IMG/VR virus record: IMGVR_UViG_3300023175_000005
Location: 1-64,000 of that record
DNA length: 64,000 nt
Reading direction: 5' to 3' (one strand)
The notes below the pieces were generated by a model that had not been told where the DNA came from, searched no databases, and saw only the letters and a list, made by a program, of their open reading frames with translations. The translations under genes were made by a program, and so were the position numbers. Of the stretch, positions 7,303 through 14,877 are shown in pieces; the first letter of the stretch is position 1, and each line of letters starts with the position of its first letter.

Positions 7303-8298
7303 ATGAATATAGAAATTATCGATGGCGAATACAATATCAAAGGGAAACCAACACCTATGAACGGTTTGATGTTTCCTCTAGTCGAAGAGTTTAAAATTGG
7401 GACGGGGGGCGGCTATGTCACGGTTGACGCTAGACCAGTCGCTGGCTTGCCGGATCGTAACATTAAGATCCGAGTTGCCAATGCAGACGCCTACAAGAAA
7501 GCAGGTGAGTCTACAGTCGCCCCCCAGGCAGAGACCGATGAACAGACCATTGAACGGTTGCGTGAACGGTTCCTAATGCTAGAGGACATGACCAAAGCAG
7601 TCAAGAAAGGCGATGTACGTGCAATGATCGTATCAGGACCTCCAGGTGTCGGTAAGAGTCACGGTATCGAACAAGTACTAGATCGATACAAGACCATGGA
7701 GGCACTTGGCGGTGAGAAGAAGTACGAAGTAGTCAAAGGCGCAATGAGTCCGATCGGCTTGTACTGTAAACTCTACAAGAATTCAGCCAAAGGCAACGTT
7801 ATTGTGTTCGACGACTGCGACTCAGTATTCAACGACGAACTATCGCTGAACATCCTAAAGGCTGCTCTGGATTCAAAGAAGACCAGAACAATCCATTGGA
7901 ACACTGATTCGTTCAAATTGCGCAACGAAGGTGTGCCAGATCAGTTCAAGTTCGAAGCCAGTGCGATCTTTGTTACTAACCTTAAGTTCGACAAAGCCAA
8001 GGGCAAGATCCGTGAGCACTTGCAGGCACTAGAGAGTCGCTGCCACTACATGGATTTGACTATCGATACCGATAGAGAAAAGATGCTCAGAATTCAGCAG
8101 ATCGTCGGTGACGGCATGCTAAATGATTATAAGTTTGCGAAAGAGGTAGTCGCAGATATTGTCGACTTCGTAGACATTAATAAAAATAGACTGAGAGAAC
8201 TGTCACTACGTACAGTGCTCAAAGTCGCAGACCTAGCCAAAGCTTTCCCTACTCGTTGGGAAGCAATGGCAGAGAATACTGTGATGAGACGTGGTTAG
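7303..8298 (+). CDS. AAA+ P-loop ATPase
   Basis: Walker A GPPGVGKS, Walker B VIVFDDCD, ALESRC; RBS GAGGGC gives ATG 7303. Confidence 0.9.
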   Translation: MNIEIIDGEYNIKGKPTPMNGLMFPLVEEFKIGTGGGYVTVDARPVAGLPDRNIKIRVANADAYKKAGESTVAPQAETDEQTIERLRERFLMLEDMTKAVKKGDVRAMIVSGPPGVGKSHGIEQVLDRYKTMEALGGEKKYEVVKGAMSPIGLYCKLYKNSAKGNVIVFDDCDSVFNDELSLNILKAALDSKKTRTIHWNTDSFKLRNEGVPDQFKFEASAIFVTNLKFDKAKGKIREHLQALESRCHYMDLTIDTDREKMLRIQQIVGDGMLNDYKFAKEVVADIVDFVDINKNRLRELSLRTVLKVADLAKAFPTRWEAMAENTVMRRG

Positions 8299-8390
8299 CC
8301 CTCAGCCTTTCCTCTCACAGTTGGTGTAGCAGCGTTGCCCTCACGCTCTGCACATTAGCGCTCGCAGGACCGCCCTCATCCTGCGGGCGC
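8279..8390 (+). ncRNA. Triple-hairpin RNA with GCCCUC loops (candidate anti-RBS sRNA)
   Basis: Hairpins 8279-8320, 8324-8353 and 8358-8390; GCCCTC in the loops at 8298, 8337 and 8372. Confidence 0.65.
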
Positions 8391-8464
8391 ATTCATTTTA
8401 AATTTTCGGTTGACACAAGTTTGATTGATGCTATTATAAATGTATAGCAAGAGAGGGCAATCAA

Positions 8465-8833
8465 ATGCTTATTACAAAAGACACCGACGCACAAGCAGCA
8501 CAGCCAAGTTGGATTGTGCTAGAAGACATTGCACGCCGTGCAGCACATGCCTACAACACACACCAAGAGTTGTTTGACAGTGCAGAGCACCAAGAACGTG
8601 TAGCACAAGCAAAAGAAATTTGTCGTGCGTACTTTGCAGGCTGGAGTGCAATATACGAAACAGCACGCCAACAAACAAGCCGCCGTGCAGCACACACTGA
8701 ACTCAAGTTCAATCGAGTTGTACTGCGCAAAACACGCAACAGAGATCGTTGGCTAGAAAGCCTACGTGCAATTGGCATTGACGAAGTTGTCTACAAGCCG
8801 GCAACAGAAAGTTACAGCCTACACATTAGGTAA
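8465..8833 (+). CDS. Early hypothetical protein
   Basis: Promoter 8410, RBS GAGGGC. Confidence 0.85.
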   Translation: MLITKDTDAQAAQPSWIVLEDIARRAAHAYNTHQELFDSAEHQERVAQAKEICRAYFAGWSAIYETARQQTSRRAAHTELKFNRVVLRKTRNRDRWLESLRAIGIDEVVYKPATESYSLHIR

Positions 8834-8844
8834 GGAGTTACTGT

Positions 8845-9051
8845 ATGACTTGGGAAGTTAGAGCACAAAGAAGCACAAGAGAAGCCTGCGTCAACAGTGA
8901 AGAGTTGGGCTGGAGCAGTGTTTTTGTTGATACACAAGCGGAAGCGGAAGCATGGTTCGAGTGCAGAACTAGAGGCAGAAGATTGGAAAGAAGTGTTCAT
9001 GTCTTGTTCGATCCCACAGGTGCTGTTCAAAGAGTTGCATTTTGTGGTTGA
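8845..9051 (+). CDS. Hypothetical protein
   Basis: AAGGAG RBS. Confidence 0.7.
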   Translation: MTWEVRAQRSTREACVNSEELGWSSVFVDTQAEAEAWFECRTRGRRLERSVHVLFDPTGAVQRVAFCG

Positions 9052-9112
9052 CACGGGTTGCCCTGTGTGCTATATTATAAACATAGGGCAACAGCAAAAG
9101 AGGGTTTTGCAA

Positions 9113-9271
9113 ATGGACTACAGAGACTTCGCAATTGAACTAGTAGAAGATATGGGCTACGATGCCAAAGACATGTTGATTGCTGCGCTTAAATATATGT
9201 CGCAAGACGATGTAGAAGACATGCTATACATCAACGAATATCCACTTGCACCGTGTGAGGAGGCAGCGTAA
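9113..9271 (+). CDS. Small acidic phage protein (ALKYMSQDDVEDML)
   Basis: Promoter 9048 and RBS GAGGGT give ATG 9113. Confidence 0.8.
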   Translation: MDYRDFAIELVEDMGYDAKDMLIAALKYMSQDDVEDMLYINEYPLAPCEEAA

Positions 9272-9465
9272 TGGGCTATCGCATTCTAAACATTGATCCG
9301 GAATTCCGTGCTAAGTTTGAAGAACGCAAAGGACTGGAAGGTCCGTTCTTCTACGATGGCAACGATGTGTTGTATTATGATCCTCGTGAAGGTGCTTACC
9401 TAGATCCCCGCACAGATCAATATCTAACCTACACAGAATATCAGGAGCGCACATGTACTACGTAA
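9271..9465 (+). CDS. Small phage protein (GLEGPF...LYYDPREGAY)
   Basis: TAATG coupling, GGAGG RBS. Confidence 0.8.
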   Translation: MGYRILNIDPEFRAKFEERKGLEGPFFYDGNDVLYYDPREGAYLDPRTDQYLTYTEYQERTCTT

Positions 9466-9572
9466 TGGAACCCGACGGCACTGTTTTTGCTATATGTTCA
9501 CGACTCAAAGACGCAGAAGCAATGTGTCATCGAGTAGGAAAAGAATCAAAAAAATACATCAAAAAAGGTTGA
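9453..9572 (+). CDS. Small hypothetical protein, 39 aa
   Basis: AGGAG RBS; translated by hand. Confidence 0.55.
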   Translation: MYYVMEPDGTVFAICSRLKDAEAMCHRVGKESKKYIKKG

Positions 9573-9628
9573 CAACACATCTAGTGATGTTAATATAAAT
9601 GTATAGGGCAACAACACAAGAGGGTGTT

Positions 9629-9901
9629 ATGAAAAATCTAAAACAATACGTTGAACAGCAGAACTCATGGAATGCAATCTTTGGTCAGTCACCACTGCCA
9701 ATGCCACTGAGTCAAGCAGGTGTTAACTCAATTGCAAACTCAATTGACGCAGGCTTGTCACCAGAGAACTTGCACTGCGATGGAGAGATTTCAGCAACAG
9801 AAGCACGTAAGAAATACAATCGCTATCACCAAGTGCTGAAAGAACTGCGTGAATACGCACGTAAGAACTCAATGACCTTACCAGAGATGTGGTGCGCATA
9901 A
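9629..9901 (+). CDS. Conserved phage early protein (LSPENLHCDGE)
   Basis: Promoter 9569, RBS GAGGGT. Confidence 0.85.
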   Translation: MKNLKQYVEQQNSWNAIFGQSPLPMPLSQAGVNSIANSIDAGLSPENLHCDGEISATEARKKYNRYHQVLKELREYARKNSMTLPEMWCA

Positions 9902-10122
9902 TGGAAAACTATGAAGCAATCTATCGCTTGGAAGCAATCCAAGAACAGTTAAACGAACTAGGCAACGAAGCAGCCGAGATCTTCCGCGAGCACTTCCCTA
10001 GGCAATATCAAACAGGAGATGCATACGGTGCATTTTCATTCGGCTCTAGCTGGAACTCATATAACACTACACTGGAGACACTGATTGAAAGTGCTCGCAA
10101 TCAAGAGGAGGAGTTGGCATGA
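9901..10122 (+). CDS. Hypothetical protein
   Basis: TAATG coupling. Confidence 0.75.
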   Translation: MENYEAIYRLEAIQEQLNELGNEAAEIFREHFPRQYQTGDAYGAFSFGSSWNSYNTTLETLIESARNQEEELA

Positions 10123-10264
10123 AGCTGCATCTAATCAATCTTGCAAGTTCAGCAATGAGTGCAGCCGTAATCCTGGGCACGATCTTTTTGGCAGTAATTG
10201 GTTGACACTATCTCTAGAGATGTTAATATAAGATATAGAAACAATAGCAAGAGGGTAACACGCT

Positions 10265-10609
10265 ATGAACTACACTGTAACAGAACTTAAAGCAATCCTA
10301 ACAGAAGCACAAGAAGCAGCATACACTGCGGCTGACGCTTTTGAAAAGAAATACTTTCCGGACAACGGCTGGGGAGCATGTGGCTTTGCTTGGGTAGACA
10401 TTTGGGGCATTAAAGGCAACACCAAACTAGGTCGTGCTATGAAGGCAGCAGGCATAGAGAAAGACTACAAAGGTGCACACTCTATTTGGAACCCCAGCAA
10501 GTATCCTACACAGAACATAGACACGCTAGAAGCAGGTGCACGAGCAGCCGCTGATGTGTTTAAGCGTTACGGCTTTGACCGAGCATACGCAGGATCTAGA
10601 CTAGACTAA
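10265..10609 (+). CDS. Conserved phage early protein (GACGFAWV...SRLD)
   Basis: Promoter 10202, RBS GAGGGT. Confidence 0.85.
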   Translation: MNYTVTELKAILTEAQEAAYTAADAFEKKYFPDNGWGACGFAWVDIWGIKGNTKLGRAMKAAGIEKDYKGAHSIWNPSKYPTQNIDTLEAGARAAADVFKRYGFDRAYAGSRLD

Positions 10610-10649
10610 GGTCATACATAATTCGCACAAGACGGCGTATGATCCAAGG

Positions 10650-10681
10650 AGGCAATCAGAAATGGTTGCCTTTTTTCTTTT
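10650..10681 (+). terminator. Intrinsic terminator ending the early region
   Basis: AGGCAATCA-GAAA-TGGTTGCCT plus T-run. Confidence 0.85.
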
Positions 10682-10870
10682 CGAAAAAAATAAAAAAAAA
10701 TTTTCTCGAGGGGTGGGGAGAATATATATAAAAAATTTGACAACTACAGCACGTAGCGTAGCGCAAAAAATCATGGTGATGTAGAATCACCACCCAGAAT
10801 CTGTAAGTACTTTCCTTAAATTTTTCGCGCAGCAGATTTTTTACTCTACAGGACCCTTTTGGGCAATAAA

Positions 10871-11059
10871 CTATTCACTAGTTTGTTGCTCTGGCAAATT
10901 CCATTTATCCGGTCCTGTATACCATGAATCTATCCAATCAGGAGGATTCTGCATTATATCGCATATGTTGCATCCACTGCTTATTACGTACAGTATCGTC
11001 AACATCAGTATGGCTAGTGCTACCACTGCTATAGCATGTTTCGCATGTTCGTCCAACAT
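10871..11059 (-). CDS. Small membrane protein
   Basis: One TM-like segment; TATATA-N4-ATG upstream. Confidence 0.6.
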   Translation of the reverse strand: MLDEHAKHAIAVVALAILMLTILYVISSGCNICDIMQNPPDWIDSWYTGPDKWNLPEQQTSE

Positions 11060-11112
11060 ACTGTATATATAACCTCGACAAATAACGAGTCACGAAGTAT
11101 GAGTGCTACGAG

Positions 11113-11152
11113 TTATCGAGTGTAGCGAGATATTATCAAGTGTAACAAGATA
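11113..11152. repeat. 20-bp tandem repeat
   Basis: TTATCGAGTGTAGCGAGATA / TTATCAAGTGTAACAAGATA. Confidence 0.7.
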
Positions 11153-11283
11153 TATCAACGCTAAATAAAATCACTGCGTACAGTGCTTACTCGCAGTTTG
11201 AACACTCTAGTTAGTTTTGGAATAGTCATAGACCCAATTCGAAAAAAACAAACTAGCCGACACACTGTACGCATAATTACTAT

Positions 11284-11526
11284 ATGTTTCCAAGAAGACT
11301 ATATCCAGAAACGCATCGTACTGCGTATCAAATTCAAATATCATACGCTACAGCACCAATGGCTTGGGAATCACAAACACAGTATTGGGTACTACACTTG
11401 TACACTCAACACGGTGTAGATTCCTATCAGACTTCGGAGCGTACTATAGCATTTACGTGCGAGCGTGATAGAGCTTTTGCGAGTATGGTTATACAGGATA
11501 AGAACCGTTATTTAGTTACCCTTTGA
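11284..11526 (+). CDS. Hypothetical protein
   Basis: 80-aa ORF with a CATAAT box just upstream of the ATG. Confidence 0.5.
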   Translation: MFPRRLYPETHRTAYQIQISYATAPMAWESQTQYWVLHLYTQHGVDSYQTSERTIAFTCERDRAFASMVIQDKNRYLVTL

Positions 11527-11638
11527 TTTCGACACCGTTTAGCAGGTCGTTTGGTATCGTTTTACACGGTATCTAGGAAATTGTTTTGTTATAGTCATCA
11601 AGTACTGTGATACTCTAACTGAAATTTTTGCGTAGCAA

Positions 11639-11709
11639 ACGCTTCGCGCTGTTAGAAAAATCTGCGTACCGTTTCACGGCTTTTGGGAATCGCGCACCGC
11701 TTCGCGGCT
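11639..11709 (-). repeat. Three GAA-triloop mini-hairpins
   Basis: - strand CCGC-GAA-GCGG, CCGT-GAA-ACGG, CGC-GAA-GCG. Confidence 0.7.
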
Positions 11710-11989
11710 ATACGGGCTTGATGTGACTGTGTTGTAGTGCGAATATAGTGTGTTCTGGTTCAGTTGAGTCACAGTCTACATATATGTCACAACGGCAGTA
11801 TACATCACCGGGCAGTGTTTGTGAGTTGGATCTTTGTAATACCCACTCCCATGCATTTTCTTCTATGGTTTTGTAAACTGCTTCGCCAACTGCTCTGCGT
11901 ACCCATAACTGTTCTAGATTGGTGTTACGGTGCGACCATTTGTACTCACACTGAGCGAGATAGTAACGAACGATTGTGCCATTGTTCAA
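11708..11989 (-). CDS. Hypothetical protein
   Basis: AGGAG RBS, TTG start. Confidence 0.65.
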   Translation of the reverse strand: MNNGTIVRYYLAQCEYKWSHRNTNLEQLWVRRAVGEAVYKTIEENAWEWVLQRSNSQTLPGDVYCRCDIYVDCDSTEPEHTIFALQHSHIKPV

Positions 11990-12026
11990 AAGTATATACT
12001 CCTAACTTATATAGTTAGCAAACCGT

Positions 12027-12446
12027 CTAGAGGGGATATTCGAAATTCTGGCAACTTTCTCCTTTGCGTAGAAATGTTGCACCGTTTGAAATATGGAAGC
12101 GTTCTGCCATTTCAGTTAACGGTGATAGTGTAACCATTCGAGAATATAGATCTTGTGCATTGTCTCTTAGTTGGTTAATTATAGTCCTACCTGCACCTTT
12201 GTTATAACTCCAAACAGTATATGCAACACATACCGTACCTTCAGGATCAGATAATTCAAACATTTCTTGTTCTGTAATAGGAACATCTTTACACAGTGCA
12301 AAACACACAACAGCATCTACACGATCGTTGTTTTCAAGCACCACTATGCTTCGACCACCGCCCACACGTTTTTCAAATGGGATATGAGGACGTACTGGAT
12401 CCTCTGTAATTAAATCACGTTCATTAAATGTGATGTTTCTTATCAT
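12027..12446 (-). CDS. GNAT-like phage protein
   Basis: YTVWSYNKGAGR and TLSPLTEMAERFHISNGA resemble GNAT acetyl-CoA motifs. Confidence 0.6.
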   Translation of the reverse strand: MIRNITFNERDLITEDPVRPHIPFEKRVGGGRSIVVLENNDRVDAVVCFALCKDVPITEQEMFELSDPEGTVCVAYTVWSYNKGAGRTIINQLRDNAQDLYSRMVTLSPLTEMAERFHISNGATFLRKGESCQNFEYPL

Positions 12447-13870
12447 TCCTCTGTACCTAAATTATTAATAAATGCTCTAAGCCGAGTTGAATCTGTTTCG
12501 GCTCGAATCTTTCCTACAGTATCACCTTCACTTGGATCTTGTGATACTTCGTCTGGTGCAGTTGGCGAATTGCCACGCTTGAGTTGATCATAGATAGTTG
12601 CTTTGCGTTTGTCAAATTCTTTATAGTCTTCGTCGTCGCCTAAGTCGCGAATACGTAAACTGTCTATGTCAAATTCTAGATCAATTTTTTGTCCAACACC
12701 GCTTGAACTTCTAGTTTTCATTAACTGTATCTGATAGCGCCCACGCTCACGCATTGCTCTACTTGTAAAGATACCTATGAGGTTGTCCGCCGTGTTAATT
12801 TTCGATATACCGCCACTAATATGACTATGGTCAAATTCTATCTCCTCTACTGAACTTCTATTCAACTGAGATGCTGTAACAAAGATACAATTAAGTTCCA
12901 TTGCCAAGTTGCGTAGTTCTTCTGATACATACTTGTCTTTAACAAACAAGTTTTCTGCTGAAATCTTTTGTCCAATTGGATGCATTAGATCCAAATAGTC
13001 TACAAGCACAACATCTACTTTTTTGCCTGTTTTGATTTCATATTCTTTTATATATGCACGTAAGTCATTTGCATTCTTGCCTGTAGGCATATACTTAACT
13101 TGGAATGCACCTGACTTTTTACCAATCATTTTAACTTTCATTTCAACATCATCAATGCTCTTGAAAATGTCTCTGCTTGGAATGTCAGTTGTCATTGAAT
13201 CAAGTCGCATACTAACCAATGCTTCTGAAAGTTCAAATGTAAGATACAATACATTCATTCCTGCTTCACACCAGTTTACACCCATGTTAGCCAAGAACAA
13301 ACTCTTACCTGAACCAGAGCCGCCTGCAAAGATATTCAGTTCGCCTCTGTTGAATCCGCCAAACAGTTTCTTGTCTAGACTTGGCCAACCTGTGCTTACC
13401 TGTCCGTTTTTATCTTTGATGCCTTCTAATCTGCTTCTAGGGTCTGCAAAATAATCTGTACCTAAATCTTTTTGTAGTCCAATCTGTACAGCCTTCTTAA
13501 CTAGGTCTTCAACTGGTCCATACTCACCTTTTTCAAGCAAGTCTGCACTCTTTAAAATTGCTGTCTCTAGTGCTTTGTGTCTTGAAAATGTTTCAAATTC
13601 TGCCAATAACCAATCATAGTGATTTTCTTGTAGTTGCCCTGGATCTTTTAAATTTTGATCTGTTGCTGCGTTGATCATATCAAATGTAGGCAGAGCATTG
13701 TGTTCTTCTACATAGTCTTTGATAAACTTTGCTGGTTCTTGTAAACGTCTGTCAAATGTCTGTGGATCAAATACACCTTGACAGCGCACAAAACTTTCTG
13801 CGTCTGTCATAAACATTTCTAGATATACCTTTTGTATATCATAACCATAATCTGTGTTCTGTCTTGTCAT
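12443..13870 (-). CDS. Replicative DnaB-like helicase (T4 gp41-like)
   Basis: GGSGSGKS, VDYLDL, TASQLNR, MKTR motifs. Confidence 0.95.
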   Translation of the reverse strand: MTRQNTDYGYDIQKVYLEMFMTDAESFVRCQGVFDPQTFDRRLQEPAKFIKDYVEEHNALPTFDMINAATDQNLKDPGQLQENHYDWLLAEFETFSRHKALETAILKSADLLEKGEYGPVEDLVKKAVQIGLQKDLGTDYFADPRSRLEGIKDKNGQVSTGWPSLDKKLFGGFNRGELNIFAGGSGSGKSLFLANMGVNWCEAGMNVLYLTFELSEALVSMRLDSMTTDIPSRDIFKSIDDVEMKVKMIGKKSGAFQVKYMPTGKNANDLRAYIKEYEIKTGKKVDVVLVDYLDLMHPIGQKISAENLFVKDKYVSEELRNLAMELNCIFVTASQLNRSSVEEIEFDHSHISGGISKINTADNLIGIFTSRAMRERGRYQIQLMKTRSSSGVGQKIDLEFDIDSLRIRDLGDDEDYKEFDKRKATIYDQLKRGNSPTAPDEVSQDPSEGDTVGKIRAETDSTRLRAFINNLGTEE

Positions 13871-13876
13871 ACGTTA

Positions 13877-13905
13877 ATTATACTCGCAAAATTAAAAATT
13901 GTCAA
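13877..13905 (-). promoter_or_regulatory. sigma70 promoter 6 nt from the helicase ATG
   Basis: TTGACA-N17-TATAAT-N6-ATG. Confidence 0.8.
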
Positions 13906-14201
13906 GCCCAACCCATTACTAATTTTGTATCTTCAGGTACCATGTCTAGACTAAACGGTGGGTCAAACACCAGTGTAGTGTTAGCAGTTTCTATACCATC
14001 AACACCGAGGATTGCTTCTCTAATATCTTCACATATTTGATCAGCAAAAGGACACATCATACTTGTTAGTGTATGTCTAACTTCACAGTGTGAATCTACA
14101 ACATCAAGTTCATAAATTAGTCCTAGATCTACTACGTTGATACTTATTTCTGGATCATGCACTTGCCTTAGTGCTTCAATTACTTGCTCTTTTAATTCCA
14201 T
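13902..14201 (-). CDS. DUF59 / SufT-PaaD-like Fe-S assembly protein
   Basis: VHDPEISINVVDLGLIY, TLTSMMCP, FDPPFS. Confidence 0.9.
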   Translation of the reverse strand: MELKEQVIEALRQVHDPEISINVVDLGLIYELDVVDSHCEVRHTLTSMMCPFADQICEDIREAILGVDGIETANTTLVFDPPFSLDMVPEDTKLVMGWA

Positions 14202-14877
14202 ATTCTTTCCTTAAAAACGGTAATATGATTCTTTTTGTATAGAATCGTTGCTGCTTAGGTGATGGATGATCGTCTCCTGGTACAGTAAACGGTGTGCCTT
14301 GAGATAATGAGAACTCATAGATACTAGGTAAAAATTTACTATGATCTAACATGTCATAAAGATGTTTACATGCAGGATGATCTACAAATTCAAATACTGC
14401 GTCTTTGTAGTTAGTAAAAAAGTATTTTATATTGTTTGCTTGCAAATACCATTGCACTCTCAACATGTGTTCCAGAGTTTCTATTTGGTGTTGTATTTCG
14501 TTGGCCTGTCTAAAATAATCTCTGCACATTTTGTTTTGCCAAAATGCATTAAGCAGTGTCCATGCACCAGTATCGTCCGGATTAAACTTATAGGGATTTG
14601 TAACCCATCCGTCTGCTGGATCACGCCAGTCTTCCATGTTATTGCCATACTTTTCTTTTCTATCAATTCCACTCCACATAACACCAACTAATATATCTCC
14701 ATAGTTGTGATTGTGTAATTTAAAAAGCAAGTCTCTTGATATAATGCCATTTCCTGCGCTAGGCAATCCACAGTGTGTAAGAGGCACATCTAGTGCTATA
14801 GATAACCACTGTGGCCATGTTCGTGGATCCTCACTTGTAGCATCACTAAAACTACAACCGCTACTAATCAATCGCAT
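14176..14877 (-). CDS. SGNH/GDSL hydrolase-like protein
   Basis: GCSFS, SAGN, DDHPS motifs. Confidence 0.7.
   Translation of the reverse strand: MRLISSGCSFSDATSEDPRTWPQWLSIALDVPLTHCGLPSAGNGIISRDLLFKLHNHNYGDILVGVMWSGIDRKEKYGNNMEDWRDPADGWVTNPYKFNPDDTGAWTLLNAFWQNKMCRDYFRQANEIQHQIETLEHMLRVQWYLQANNIKYFFTNYKDAVFEFVDHPACKHLYDMLDHSKFLPSIYEFSLSQGTPFTVPGDDHPSPKQQRFYTKRIILPFLRKEYGIKRASN

Larger units (their letters stand above)
402..10229 (+). promoter_or_regulatory. Array of 19 early sigma70-like promoters, (ggggt)TTGACA-N16/17-(TGn)TATAGT-gtatgtata
   Basis: -35 boxes at 402, 814, 1118, 1389, 1910, 2210, 2796, 3474, 3834, 4076, 4433, 4697, 5985, 6711, 7245, 8410, 9048, 9569 and 10202, each with a -10 box 16-17 nt downstream and a gene about 30-50 nt later. 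Confidence 0.9.

Noticed and set aside
402-10229. Recurring AATTAGGGGTTGACA / TGCTATAGTGTATGTATA as a CRISPR array or mobile repeat
   Set aside because: Spacing is irregular and gene-sized, and the units are -35/-10 promoter elements; no cas genes.
456-10260. GAGGGC as evidence of a host with an altered anti-SD
   Set aside because: Sheath, tube, gp32 and other genes use normal AGGAG/AGGAGG.
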